64,000 nucleotides of DNA from Macrostomum lignano (taxonomy: Eukaryota), in assembly GCA_002269645.1 (NCBI GenBank), contig NIVC01003611.1, positions 1 to 64,000 on the forward strand, given 5' to 3'. How positions within the stretch are numbered: the first letter of the stretch is position 1; the number at the start of each line of letters is the position of its first letter. Below, piece after piece: positions 23,065 through 37,429 of this stretch. The position numbers and the translations under genes were made by a program. Below the pieces are notes generated by a model. It was not told the DNA's origin. It ran no database searches and saw only the letters and a list, made by a program, of their open reading frames with translations.

Positions 23065-24068
23065 GAGTGAGGGTAGAGTGAGTGAGGGTAGAGTGAGTGA
23101 GGGTAGAGTGAGTGAGGGTAGAGTGAGTGAGTGAGGGTAGAGTGAGTGAGTGAGGGTAGAGTGAGTGAGTGAGGGTAGAGTGAGTGAGTGAGGGTAGAGT
23201 GAGTGAGTGAGGGTAGAGTGAGTGAGTGAGGGTAGAGTGCGTTAGGGTAGAGTGAGTGAGGGTGGAGTGAGTGAGTGAGGGTAGAGTGAGTGAGGGTGGA
23301 GTGAGTGAGGGTGGAGTGAGTGAGGGTGGAGTGAGTGAGGGTAGAGTGAGTGAGGGTGGAGTGAGTGAGGGTGGAGTGAGTGAGGGTGGAGTGAGTGAGG
23401 GTTGAGTGAGTGAGGGTAGAGTGAGTGAGGGTGGAGTGAGTGAGGGTAGAGTGCGTTAGGGTAGAGTGAGTGAGTGAGGGTAGAGTGCGTTAGGGTAGAG
23501 TGAGTGAGTGAGGGTAGAGTGCGTTAGGGTAGAGTGAGTGAGGGTGGAGTGAGTGAGTGAGGGTAGAGTGAGTGAGGGTGGAGTGAGTGAGGGTGGAGTG
23601 AGTGAGGGTGGAGTGAGTGAGGGTAGAGTGAGTGAGGGTGGAGTGAGTGAGGGTGGAGTGAGTGAGGGTGGAGTGAGTGAGGGTAGAGTGAGTGAGGGTA
23701 GAGTGAGTGAGGGTGGAGTGAGTGAGGGAAGAGTGAGTGAGGGTAGAGTGCGTTAGGGTAGAGTGAGTGAGTGAGGGTAGAGTGCGTTAGGGTAGAGTGA
23801 GTGAGGGTGGAGTGAGTGAGGGTAGAGTGAGTGAGGGTAGAGTGAGTGAGGGTGAAGTGAGTGAGGGTAGAGTGAGTGAGGGTAGAGTGAGTGAGTGAGG
23901 GTAGAGTGCGTTAGGGTAGAGTGAGTGAGTGAGGGTAGAGTGCGTTAGGGTAGAGTGAGTGAGGGTGGAGTGAGTGAGGGAAGAGTGAGTGAGGGTAGAG
24001 TGCGTTAGGGTAGAGTGAGTGAGGGTGGAGTGAGTGAGGGTAGAGTGAGTGAGGGTGGAGTGAGTGAG
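23065..24068. repeat. 15/19-bp G-rich minisatellite (GAGTGAGTGAGGGTA)n with GAGTGCGTTAGGGTA variants
   Basis: Directly visible. Confidence 0.95.
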
Positions 24069-24103
24069 AGCGCAGGGGCGGCAAGCACAGCCCAGACACA
24101 AAC

Positions 24104-24326
24104 CGTGGCAGAGGAACAGGGGCTCGCCGGCATTGGACATCTCCTCGGAGGGGCTGAGGTAGGGGCACTCGGTCTCCACTGCCTGGCACCAGTCTGGACA
24201 AGGCTGCATCAGAGCCGATGCGGCCGCCTCGGCGAAGCGACCCCTAGCGGCCTGCACGGTCCAGGCCTCTCTGGAGGTGTTGTGGACGGTAAAGTACACC
24301 GAGCAGAGCCAGTCGGTGTAGGCAAT
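24104..24326 (-). CDS. NALF1: NALF/FAM155/Mid1-family gene, exon 2 (cysteine-rich domain)
   Basis: IAYTDWLCSVYF...QPCPDWCQAVETECPYLSP...AGEPLFLCH matches the family pattern of human NALF1/FAM155A IVYKAWLCSQYF...PCKQYCLEVQTRCPF...FICTG (recalled). 223 nt between atccacag and g|gtttgt. Confidence 0.88.
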
Positions 24327-25184
24327 CTGTGGATTTTTTAAAAACAGATGCTTGACTGCCAAATACGTGTGTTAAAGAAACTTGTGAAACTCAACTTGAT
24401 TTCATATCAGCTACCCTTTACGTATAGAATTATTGAGATGAGCTAACCAGTAGGTCAATATGTAAATTTTTCAGAATGCAGAAAAAGCATCTGTAAGATC
24501 TAGAAATTCATTAAGGCTTGGTTTGGTATAGCGAGAATACATTGCTCACTGGGGCAAGCCTGCAGCTAATGAAGGATAACAGTCCACAAGGACGGGAACG
24601 GGACAGACAGCCGGACTCACTGATAGATGATGGATGGAGGGCAGGTCAGTCCGGGTCCTGCTAGCGACAAACGGCAAATGGGTCGGGGCGGAATCAAATA
24701 GGAAGCGGTCGAAAGCTCCAACCTTTGCTTTCAACCCCCCTCCCCCCTGACTCTGGGGTAAAGGGGCCGGCTGCTCTCCAGCAGAGAAAGGGGAAAAAGG
24801 ATTTAGTCTGGAGCAGTGCCTGCACAAGAGTAGGAGAAATTCCTCATATACATGTCAATGTGTCATAAGAAGGTTTATATGCGTAAAATTATATCTGTGC
24901 ATTAGATTGAGTGCAGCAATAACTTTGTTTCATATTGAACAGTCCAATCAGAATGAGAGCTGGTCATTAGCAGGGTTCCTCAAAGGACACGGGGTGACGC
25001 CGGGTGCAAGAGGTTGCTGGGAATGTATACTGGGCAGGTAAGAATGTGCAAGTTTTATAAAATTATACTCTTGGATACTTGCTGGCTAATGAAAACTAAA
25101 ATAAAATAAATAAAAGTTTGAAATTTGAAACTAAACCTAAACCTAAATTTTTTTTGAAACTTCATCAGCGATGGTTTTCCCAAC

Positions 25185-26100
25185 CTGAGACTTCTCCACC
25201 CTGAGGCTTCCCCAACCAGAGGCTTCCCAACCCTGAGGCTCCCCAACCCTGAGGCTCCCCAACCTGAGAATTCCCCAGACTTCCCCAACCTGAGACCTCC
25301 CCAGACTTCCCCAATCTGAGACTTTCCCAGACTTCCCCACCCTGAGTATTCCCCAGACTTCCCAACCCTGCCCTGAGACTTCCCCAGACTTTGCCACCCT
25401 GAGACTTCCCCAGACTTTGCCACCTTGAGACTTCCCCAGACTTCCCCACCCTGAGACTTCCCCAGACTTCCCCACCCTGAGACTTCCCCAGACTTTGCCA
25501 CCCTAAGACTTCCCCAGACTTCCCCACCCTGAGTATTCCCCAGACTTCCCAACCCTGCCCTGAGACTTCCCCAGACTTTGCCACCCTGAGACTTCCCCAG
25601 ACTTTGCCACCCTGAGACTTCCCCAGACTTCCCCACCCTGAGACTTCCCCAGACTTTGCCACCCTGAGACTTCCCCAGACTTTGCCACCCTGAGACTTCC
25701 CCAGACTTCCCCACCCTGAGACTTTCCCAGACTTTGCCACCCTGAGACTTCCCCAGACTTCCCAACCCTGCCCTGAGACTTCCCCAGACTTCCCCACCCT
25801 GAGACTTCCCCAGACTTTGCCACCCTGAGACTTCCCAGACTTCCCCACCCTGAGACTTCCCCAGACTTCCCCACCCTGAGACTTCCCCACCCTGAGACTT
25901 CCCCAGACTTCCCAACCCTGCCCTGAGACTTCCCCAGACTTTGCCACTCTGAGACTTCCCCAGACTTTGCCACCCTGAGACTTTCCCAGACTTTGCCACC
26001 CTGAGACTTCCCCAGACTTCCCAACCCTGCCCTGAGACTTCCCCAGACTTCCCAACCCTGAGACTTCCCCACCCTGAGACTTCCCCAACCTGAGACTCCT
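25185..26100. repeat. ~26-bp minisatellite (CCCTGAGACTTCCCCAGACTTTGCCA)n; duplicate at 31545-32465
   Basis: Directly visible. Confidence 0.92.
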
Positions 26101-26919
26101 CTCAACCTAAACTTACCCCAACTGAAAATTCACGAACCGAAGCTGCTACTAATACTACTTAGCAAACAGTTTTGCACGAGAGTAATACCCATCTGCAAAG
26201 AAGTTATAACTGACATCATACCGGTAATCCGATCGGCTGTCACTCATTTATTATGAAAGCTGGAATTCATTGAAATTCGCGCCAACACCAGTAAACTATC
26301 TGGCACCACAGTGGCCGAATTTAAGGCAAAAACGAAGCCTTCACTCGCCTGACCAGGCAACAAATTCGTCTCAAAAGTCGGCCTAGCCCGCACTCCTCAC
26401 CCCCTCACTGCCGGGTTGTTGTGTTTAAGCTGCTTAGGCGGGAAAGTGATTAAAAGTACAGATTGACAGGGAATTCAGTAAGCGGACCGATAAACGGATG
26501 GAGCTTTTGAAAATGACATGAGAGAGGGAGAGGGGACAGGGGGGGGGGGGGGCAGCCCCACTTCACCTATTATTTGGCGGGTCTGCAGCAGCCAGGACTG
26601 GACAGAGAGGGAACTGAGGCGGGGAAGAGTGGCTTGGAGCTGGAGATCGGTGGGAGGGAGGCTAGAGAAAGTGCAAGTCAATCCGACGACCACCGCAGCC
26701 ACATCGGTAGATCGCCATCTCTATTGGCATTATACTTCTCCCCTGAGGCTTGCAATGCTGACCGCCGAGCGCGCCCCTCACTCTTTTGGGAATTCCCAAT
26801 AGATGTAGACAGGGAACCACCGAGTATTGACAGTAAAAAATTACGGCATTAATGATTACGAATCGAATGGGTAGCACGATGAATTCGAGCGTATGCACCA
26901 TTTCCAGCGACTTTCTCTC

Positions 26920-29482
26920 AGCTATTCCTGATGCCACTTTCTCTCAACTGTGCCATTCCCGATGCCACTTTCTCTCAACTGTGCCATTCCCGATGCCACT
27001 TTCTCTCAACTGTGCATTCCGATGCCACTTTCTCTCAACTGTGCCATTCCCGATGCCACTTTCTCTCAACTGTGCCGTTCCCGATGCCGCTTTCTCTCAA
27101 CTGTGCCATTTCTGATGCCACTTTCTCTCAAATGTGCCACTCCCAATGCCACTTTCTCTCAACTGTGCCATTCCTGATGCCACTTTCTCTCAACTGTGCC
27201 ATTTCAGATGCCACTTTCTCTCAAATGTGCCATTTCTGATGCCGCTTTCTCTCAACTGTGCCATTTCTGATGCCACTTTCTCTCAAATGTGCCACTCCCA
27301 ATGCCACTTTCTCTCAACTGTGCCATTCCTGATGCCACTTTCTCTCAACTGTGCCATTTCTGATGCCACTTTCTCTCAACTGTGCCATTTCTGATGCCAC
27401 TTTCTCTCAACTGTGCCATTCCCGATGCCACTTTCTCTCAACTGTGCCATTCCTGATGCCACTTTCTCTTAACTGTCCATTTCTGATGCACTTTCGCTCA
27501 AATGTGCCATTTCTGATGCCACTTTCTCTCAACAGTGCTATTCCAATGTCACTTTCTCTTAACAGTGCCATTCCGACGCCACTTTCTCCCAACTGTGCCA
27601 CTCTCTCACACCTGCACTGCACCCCAACTTCCCTAACAAGGGGTTGAAAAATTCAAATTAAACTCAAAAGGAAAAAGAAATTTGCGATTCAATCCGTTGA
27701 ACACGCAGGCAGAGAGGATGGGGCGCGTCGGAGGAAAACTGTCTCCGAAGCAGAGCTCCTCAGGCTGGGCAACGCGCAGACTCCCTTTCGCAGGGCGCCA
27801 ATTACTCATTTCGCTTCATCTTCTCTTCCTCATCCAGTACTCCTCTGCGCCTCTTCGCTCACCAGTCGTTATCCATCTCCCTCTGGCTAGGCGGCCCCAC
27901 AGCTCGCTTCGACTAAGAGTCGGAATAAAAAAAATAAAAGACGGAGAAAGTGAGATTGAGTCCGGCGCTCCCCCCCCCACTCCCGTCCCTAAAGTCGGAA
28001 TCCTCGCCCTTCTTGGTATTTTCCGCTACGTCCTCTGCTAGCTCGCCTTCGCCTGCCGTCCCCTGAGCTCTCGCTTTTTCTCCTCTTCTCCGCCCCGCTC
28101 CCCCTTCCTTCGCTCTAGTTTTCGTTCGCCGCCCCGTTTACTTGATTGAAAAACGCCCCCCTCTCCCAGCCCGGCTGTCGCCTCGGCTACTCGCTGGGTT
28201 TTGTCACTAGCTTCACTGGGACTCTCGAGTCCTCACAGCTTCTCTGCTGCATCTGGCTAGTAACAACTAGCACAGAGCGATAGTTTCTCTATTCTCTGCA
28301 GGCTACATGCGGCGTTTCCGGCTGTTTGCATTACGAGCGTAGATTTGCGAAAGCTATTATTCAATCGTGCCATTCCCGATGCCACTTTCTCTCAACTGTG
28401 CCATTCCTGACGCCACTCTCTCTCAACTGTGTCATTCCCGATGCCACTTTCTCTCAACTATGCCATTCCCGATGCCACTTTCTCTCAACTGTGCCCCCAT
28501 TCCCGATGCCACTTTCTCTCAACTGTGCCCCATTCCCGATGCCACTTTCTCTCAACTGTGCCATTCCGATGCCACTTTCTCTCAACTGTGCCATTCCCGA
28601 TGCCACTTTCTCTCAACTGTGCCCTATTCCCGATGCCACTTTCTCTCAACTGTGCCATTCCCGATGCCACTTTTCCTCAACTGTGCCATTCCCGATGCCA
28701 CTTTCTCTCAACTGTGCCATTCCCGATGCCACTTTCTCTCAACTGTGCCATTCCTGACGCCACTTCTCTCAACTGTGTCATTCCCGATGCCACTTTCTCT
28801 CAACTGCCATTCCGATGCCACTTTCTCTCAACTGTGCCCCATTCCTCGATGCCACTTTCTCTCAACTGTGCCCCATTCCCGATGCCACTTTCTCTCAACT
28901 GTGCCATTCCGATGCCACTTTCTCTCAACTGTGCCATTCCCGATGCCACTTTCTCTCAACTGTGCCCCTATTCCCGATGCCACTTTCTCTCAACTGTGCC
29001 ATTCCCGATGCCACTTTTCTCTCAACTGTGCCATTCCCGATGCCACTTTCTCTCAACTGTGCCATTCCCGATGCCACTTTCTCTCAACTGTGCCATTCCC
29101 GATGCCACTTTCTCTCAACTGTGGCCATTCCCGATGCCACTTTCCTCTCAACTGTGCCATTCCCGATGCCACTTTCTCTCAACTGTGCCCCTTCCCGATG
29201 CACTTTCTCTCAACTGTGCCCCCATTCCCGATGCACTTTCTCTCAACTGTGCCCCCATTCCCGATGCCACTTTCTCTCAACTGTGCCCCATTCCCGATGC
29301 CACTTTCTCTCTACTGTGCCATTCCCGATGCCACTTTTTCTCAACTGTGCCATTCCCGATGCCACTTTCTCCTCACTGTGCCATTCCCGATGCCACTTTC
29401 TCTCAACTGTGCCCCCATTCCCCGATGCCACTTTCTCTCAACTGTGCATTCCGATGCACTTTATCCATAACTGTGCCATTCC
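26920..29482. repeat. Two arrays (26920-27602, 28368-29482) of a 31-bp minisatellite (CCATTCCCGATGCCACTTTCTCTCAACTGTG)n; duplicates at 33288-33972 and 34746-35877
   Basis: 31-nt period; a ~760-nt unique spacer lies between the arrays. Confidence 0.92.
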
Positions 29483-30107
29483 CAAAAGCAATAATCATAA
29501 AAACATTTATTTTATAAACTGCACAATTCTGGCACGCCAAGTTTTTTATCTAGCTAGCTGTGGCCAACGGTAGACGCGAAAATGGCAAGTGTGCAGTTTA
29601 TCGCTTCTGTTTTGAATTTCATGTTTTGTTGTAACGCCGTTTAAAAAAAAACTGCAAAACAGGAAAAATTTATCAAGCAAATAGTTGCACGAAAAATCTG
29701 GATGAACTCAATTCTGTACTTTTGACTCTGGAAAATCATGCCAGACAATATGCATTAATCCGTTGGCTACTCCACTCGACTCGTATCCTCATCGATTAAT
29801 GATCATCTAAATAACTGCTACAGCAAACATGACGTCCGCCTCACTGCCCGAGCGCCATGGCCAAACTCCCGGGATGAAAATTGCGGGTTAGGCAGCCCGG
29901 ATGGGCTTGAGTTATTGGCACTGGTTGGACACGCACTCAGGCCTTTCAGCATTGCATGCGGCCTGGTCCATGTCCGCATGCTTACAGGCTGCAGCTGACA
30001 GACAGGAACAGCCTTGCGTTTTTTTTTTTGTTTTTCTCAACTCTGTGTGCCTACATCTTTTTATCTGTGCCTTATTTCCGCGCCTGCTGCCTGCCTGCCT
30101 GCCTGCC

Positions 30108-30174
<67 letters not shown>

Positions 30175-30179
30175 ATGTG

Positions 30180-30226
<47 letters not shown>

Positions 30227-30237
30227 ATGTGTGTCTG

Positions 30238-30282
<45 letters not shown>

Positions 30283-30300
30283 GCTGTCTGTCTGTCTGTC

Positions 30301-30713
30301 NNNNNNNNNNNNNNNNNNNNNNNNNNNNNNNNNNNNNNNNNNNNNNNNNNNNNNNNNNNNNNNNNNNNNNNNNNNNNNNNNNNNNNNNNNNNNNNNNNNN
30401 NNNNNNNNNNNNNNNNNNNNNNNNNNNNNNNNNNNNNNNNNNNNNNNNNNNNNNNNNNNNNNNNNNNNNNNNNNNNNNNNNNNNNNNNNNNNNNNNNNNN
30501 NNNNNNNNNNNNNNNNNNNNNNNNNNNNNNNNNNNNNNNNNNNNNNNNNNNNNNNNNNNNNNNNNNNNNNNNNNNNNNNNNNNNNNNNNNNNNNNNNNNN
30601 NNNNNNNNNNNNNNNNNNNNNNNNNNNNNNNNNNNNNNNNNNNNNNNNNNNNNNNNNNNNNNNNNNNNNNNNNNNNNNNNNNNNNNNNNNNNNNNNNNNN
30701 NNNNNNNNNNNNN
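30301..30713. other. Assembly gap (413 N)
   Basis: Run of N. Confidence 1.
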
Positions 30714-33700
30714 ACAGATGCTTGACTGCCAAATACGTGTGTTAAAGAAACTTGTGAAACTCAACTTGATTTCATATCAGCTACCCTTTACGTATAGAAT
30801 TATTGAGATGAGCTAACCAGTAGGTCAATATGTAAATTTTTCAGAATGCAGAAAAGCAGCTGTAAGATCTAGAAATTCATTAAGGCTTGGTTTGGTATAG
30901 CGAGAATACATTGCTCACTGGGGCAAGCCTGCAGCTAATGAAGGATAACAGTCCACAAGACGGGAACGGGACAGACAGCCGGACTCACTGATAGATGATG
31001 GATGGAGGGCAGGTCAGTCCGGGTCCTGCTAGCGACAAACGGCAAATGGGTCGGGGCGGAATCAAATAGGAAGCGGTCGAAAGCTCCAACCTTTGCTTTC
31101 AACCCCCCTCCCCCCTGACTCTGGGTAAAGGGGCGCTGCTCTCCAGCAGAGAAAGGGGAAAAAGGATTTAGTCTGGAGCAGTGCCTGCACAAGAGTAGGA
31201 GAAATTCCTCATATACATGTCAATGTGTCATAAGAAGGTTTATATGCGTAAAATTATATCTGTGCATTAGATTGAGTGCAGCAATAACTTTGTTTCATAT
31301 TGAACAGTCCAATCAGAATGAGAGCTGGTCATTAGCAGGGTTCCTCAAAGGACACGGGGTGACGCCGGGTGCAAGAGGTTGCTGGGAATGTATACTGGGC
31401 AGGTAAGAATGTGCAAGTTTTATAAAATTATACTCTTGGATACTTGCTGGCTAATGAAAACTAAAATAAAATAAATAAAAGTTTGAAATTTGAAACTAAA
31501 CCTAAACCTAAATTTTTTTTGAAACTTCATCAGCGATGGTTTTCCCAACCTGAGACTTCTCCACCCTGAGGCTTCCCCAACCAGAGGCTTCCCAACCCTG
31601 AGGCTCCCCAACCCTGAGGCTCCCCAACCTGAGAATTCCCCAGACTTCCCCAACCTGAGACCTCCCCAGACTTCCCCAATCTGAGACTTTCCCAGACTTC
31701 CCCACCCTGAGTATTCCCCAGACTTCCCAACCCTGCCCTGAGACTTCCCCAGACTTTGCCACCCTGAGACTTCCCCAGACTTTGCCACCTTGAGACTTCC
31801 CCAGACTTCCCCACCCTGAGACTTCCCCAGACTTCCCCACCCTGAGACTTCCCCAGACTTTGCCACCCTAAGACTTCCCCAGACTTCCCCACCCTGAGTA
31901 TTCCCCAGACTTCCCAACCCTGCCCTGAGACTTCCCCAGACTTTGCCACCCTGAGACTTCCCCAGACTTTGCCACCCTGAGACTTCCCCAGACTTCCCAC
32001 CCTGAGACTTCCCCAGACTTTGCCACCCTGAGACTTCCCCAGACTTTGCCACCCTGAGACTTCCCCAGACTTCCCCACCCTGAGACTTTCCCAGACTTTG
32101 CCACCCTGAGACTTCCCCAGACTTCCCAACCCTGCCCTGAGACTTCCCCAGACTTCCCCACCCTGAGACTTCCCCAGACTTTGCCACCCTGAGACTTCCC
32201 CAGACTTCCCCACCCTGAGACTTCCCCAGACTTCCCCACCCTGAGACTTCCCCACCCTGAGACTTCCCCAGACTTCCCAACCCTGCCCTGAGACTTCCCC
32301 AGACTTTGCCACTCTGAGACTTCCCCAGACTTTGCCACCCTGAGACTTTCCCAGACTTTGCCACCCTGAGACTTCCCCAGACTTCCCAACCCTGCCCTGA
32401 GACTTCCCCAGACTTCCCAACCCTGAGACTTCCCCACCCTGAGACTTCCCCAACCTGAGACTCCTCTCAACCTAAACTTACCCCAACTGAAAATTCACGA
32501 ACCGAAGCTGCTACTAATACTACTTAGCAAACAGTTTTGCACGAGAGTAATACCCATCTGCAAAGAAGTTATAACTGACATCATACCGGTAATCCGATCG
32601 GCTGTCACTCATTTATTATGAAAGCTGGAATTCATTGAAATTCGCGCCAACACCAGTAAACTATCTGGCACCACAGTGGCCGAATTTAAGGCAAAAACGA
32701 AGCCTTCACTCGCCTGACCAGGCAACAAATTCGTCTCAAAAGTCGGCCTAGCCCGCACTCCTCACCCCCTCACTGCCGGGTTGTTGTGTTTAAGCTGCTT
32801 AGGCGGGAAAGTGATTAAAAGTACAGATTGACAGGGAATTCAGTAAGCGGACCGATAAACGGATGGAGCTTTTGAAAATGACATGAGAGAGGGAGAGGGG
32901 ACAGGGGGGGGGGGGGCAGCCCCACTTCACCTATTATTTGGCGGGTCTGCAGCAGCCAGGACTGGACAGAGAGGGAACTGAGGCGGGGAAGAGTGGCTTG
33001 GAGCTGGAGATCGGTGGGAGGGAGGCTAGAGAAAGTGCAAGTCAATCCGACGACCACCGCAGCCACATCGGTAGATCGCCATCTCTATTGGCATTATACT
33101 TCTCCCCTGAGGCTTGCAATGCTTGACCGCCGAGCGCGCCCCTCACTCTTTTGGGAATTCCCAATAGATGTAGACAGGGAACCACCGAGTATTGACAGTA
33201 AAAAATTACGGCATTAATGATTACGAATCCGAATGGGTAGCACGATGAATTCGAGCGTATGCACCATTTCCAGCGACTTTCTCTCAGCTATTCCTGATGC
33301 CACTTTCTCTCAACTGTGCCATTCCCGATGCCACTTTCTCTCAACTGTGCCATTCCCGATGCCACTTTCTCTCAACTGTGCCATTCCCGATGCCACTTTC
33401 TCTCAACTGTGCCATTCCCGATGCCACTTTCTCTCAACTGTGCCGTTCCCGATGCCGCTTTCTCTCAACTGTGCCATTTCTGATGCCACTTTCTCTCAAA
33501 TGTGCCACTCCCAATGCCACTTTCTCTCAACTGTGCCATTCCTGATGCCACTTTCTCTCAACTGTGCCATTTCAGATGCCACTTTCTCTCAAATGTGCCA
33601 TTTCTGATGCCGCTTTCTCTCAACTGTGCCATTTCTGATGCCACTTTCTCTCAAATGTGCCACTCCCAATGCCACTTTCTCTCAACTGTGCCATTCCTGA

Positions 33701-36473
33701 TGCCACTTTCTCTCAACTGTGCCATTTCTGATGCCACTTTCTCTCAACTGTGCCATTTCTGATGCCACTTTCTCTCAACTGTGCCATTCCCGATGCCACT
33801 TTCTCTCAACTGTGCCATTCCTGATGCCACTTTCTCTTAACTGTGCCATTTCTGATGCCACTTTCGCTCAAATGTGCCATTTCTGATGCCACTTTCTCTC
33901 AACAGTGCTATTCCCAATGTCACTTTCTCTTAACAGTGCCATTCCCGACGCCACTTTCTCCCAACTGTGCCACTCTCTCACACCTGCACTGCACCCCAAC
34001 TTCCCTAACAAGGGGTTGAAAAATTCAAATTAAACTCAAAAAGGAAAAAGAAATTTGCGATTCAATCCGTTGAACACGCAGGCAGAGAGGATGGGGCGCG
34101 TCGGAGGAAAACTGTCTCCGAAGCAGAGCTCCTCAGGCTGGGCAACCGCGCAGACTCCCTTTCGCAGGGGCGCCAATTACTCATTTCGCTTCATCTTCTC
34201 TTCCTCATCCAGTACTCCTCTCGCGCCTCTTCGCTCACCAGTCGTTATCCATCTCCCTCTGGCTAGGCGGCCCCACAGCTCGCTTCGACTAAGAGTCGGA
34301 ATAAAAAAAATAAAAGACGGAGAAAGTGAGATGAGTCCGGCCGCTCCCCCCCCCCCACTCCCGTCCCTAAAGTCGGAATCCTCGCCCTTCTTGGTATTTT
34401 CCGCTACGTCCTCTGCTAGCTCGCCTTCGCCTGCCGTCCCCTGAGCTCTCGCTTTTTTCTCCTCTTCTCCGCCCCGCTCCCCCTTCCTTCGCTCTAGTTT
34501 TCGTTCGCCGCCCCGTTTACTTGATTGAAAAACGCCCCCCTCTCCAGCCCGGCTGTCGCCTCGGCTACTCGGCTGGGTTTTGTCACTAGCTTCACTGGGA
34601 CTCTCGAGTCCTCACAGCTTCTCTGCTGCATCTGGCTAGTAACAACTAGCACAGAGCGATAGTTCTCTATTCTCTGCAGGCTACATGCGGCGTTTCCGGC
34701 TGTTTGCATTACGAGCGTAGATTTGCGAAAGCTATTATTCAATCGTGCCATTCCCGATGCCACTTTCTCTCAACTGTGCCATTCCTGACGCCACTCTCTC
34801 TCAACTGTGTCATTCCCGATGCCACTTTCTCTCAACTATGCCATTCCCGATGCCACTTTCTCTCAACTGTGCCCCCATTCCCGATGCCACTTTCTCTCAA
34901 CTGTGCCCCCATTCCCGATGCCACTTTCTCTCAACTGTGCCATTCCCGATGCCACTTTCTCTCAACTGTGCCATTCCCGATGCCACTTTCTCTCAACTGT
35001 GCCCCTATTCCCGATGCCACTTTCTCTCAACTGTGCCATTCCCGATGCCACTTTCTCTCAACTGTGCCATTCCCGATGCCACTTTCTCTCAACTGTGCCA
35101 TTCCCGATGCCACTTTCTCTCAACTGTGCCATTCCTGACGCCACTCTCTCTCAACTGTGTCATTCCCGATGCCACTTTCTCTCAACTATGCCATTCCCGA
35201 TGCCACTTTCTCTCAACTGTGCCCCCATTCCCGATGCCACTTTCTCTCAACTGTGCCCCCATTCCCGATGCCACTTTCTCTCAACTGTGCCATTCCCGAT
35301 GCCACTTTCTCTCAACTGTGCCATTCCCGATGCCACTTTCTCTCAACTGTGCCCCTATTCCCGATGCCACTTTCTCTCAACTGTGCCATTCCCGATGCCA
35401 CTTTCTCTCAACTGTGCCATTCCCGATGCCACTTTCTCTCAACTGTGCCATTCCCGATGCCACTTTCTCTCAACTGTGCCATTCCCGATGCCACTTTCTC
35501 TCAACTGTGCCCCCATTCCCGATGCCACTTTCTCTCAACTGTGCCATTCCCGATGCCACTTTCTCTCAACTGTGCCCCCATTCCCGATGCCACTTTCTCT
35601 CAACTGTGCCCCCATTCCCGATGCCACTTTCTCTCAACTGTGCCCCCATTCCCGATGCCACTTTCTCTCAACTGTGCCCCCATTCCCGATGCCACTTTCT
35701 CTCTACTGTGCCATTCCCGATGCCACTTTTTCTCAACTGTGCCATTCCCGATGCCACTTTCTCTCAACTGTGCCATTCCCGATGCCACTTTCTCTCAACT
35801 GTGCCCCCATTCCCGATGCCACTTTCTCTCAACTGTGCCATTCCCGATGCCACTTTATCCTAACTGTGCCATTCCCAAAAGCAATATCAAAAACATTTAT
35901 TTTATAAACTGCACAATTCTGCACGCCAAGTTTTTATCTAGCTAGCTGTGCCAACGGTAGACGCGAAAATGGCAAGTGTGCAGTTTATCGCTTCTGTTTG
36001 AATTTCATGTTTTGTTGTAACGCCGTTTAAAAAAAACTGCAAAACAGGAAAAATTTATCAAGCAAATAGTTGCACGAAAAATCTGGATGAACTCAATTCT
36101 GTACTTTTGACTCTGGAAAATCATGCCAGACAATATGGCATTAATCGTTGGCTACTCCACTCGACTCGGTATCCTCATCGATTAATGATCATCTAAATAA
36201 CTGCTACAGCAAACATGACGTCCGCCTCACTGCCCGAGCGCCCATGGCCAAACTCCCGGGATGAAAATTGCCGGGTTAGGCAGCCCGGATGGGCTTGAGT
36301 TATTGGCACTGGTTGGACACGCACTCAGCCTTTCAGCATTGCATGCGGCCTGGTCCATGTCCGCATGCTTACAGGCTGCAGCTGACAGACAGGAACAGCC
36401 TTGCGTTTTTTTTTTGTTTTTCTCACTCTGTGTGCCTACATCTTTTTATCTGTGCCTTATTTCCGCGCCTGCT

Positions 36474-36492
36474 GCCTGCCTGCCTGCCTGCC

Positions 36493-36559
<67 letters not shown>

Positions 36560-36564
36560 ATGTG

Positions 36565-36623
<59 letters not shown>

Positions 36624-36624
36624 G

Positions 36625-36669
<45 letters not shown>

Positions 36670-36692
36670 GCCTGTCTGTCTGTCTGTCTGTG

Positions 36693-36783
<91 letters not shown>

Positions 36784-36788
36784 ATGTG

Positions 36789-36847
<59 letters not shown>

Positions 36848-36872
36848 ATGTGTGTCTGTCTGTCTGTCTGTG

Positions 36873-36957
<85 letters not shown>

Positions 36958-36984
36958 GCCTGCCTGTCTGTCTGTCTGTCTGTG

Positions 36985-37063
<79 letters not shown>

Positions 37064-37068
37064 ATGTG

Positions 37069-37111
<43 letters not shown>

Positions 37112-37140
37112 ATGTCTGTCTGTCTGTCTGTCTGTATGTG

Positions 37141-37203
<63 letters not shown>

Positions 37204-37222
37204 GCCTGTGCCCGTCTGTCTG
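36474..37222. repeat. (TCTG)n microsatellite (truncated copy at 30088-30300)
   Basis: Directly visible. Confidence 0.95.
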
Positions 37223-37429
37223 TTTTCTATTTACTTATCATGACTGTCCTGCTAATTTATTTCATACAACAATTTTATTAGGTCATTAGGCTCTTACTCA
37301 ATTGGGGGAGTTAATGCTGAGTTATTTTTACACCCAAGATCATCGCTGGAGGTCGCAGGGGATCCTGGTAAATCCTGGCATCCAATGAGCATTTTGCAAA
37401 AAACAGACCCAAATCAAAACTGGACTCAC

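Larger units (their letters stand above)
24344..36690. repeat. ~6 kb direct duplication (24344-30300 vs 30714-~36690) straddling an N gap; probably unmerged contig overlap or haplotypes
   Basis: The sequence after the gap restarts at ACAGATGCTTGACTGCC, identical to 24344. Differences are mostly 1-nt indels and repeat-unit counts. Confidence 0.9.

Noticed and set aside
29820-30000. Cys-containing peptide ([13 protein letters not shown]...) on the minus strand within NALF intron 1
   Set aside because: The reading frame differs between the two duplicate copies, it is not needed for the NALF model, and no family is recognisable.
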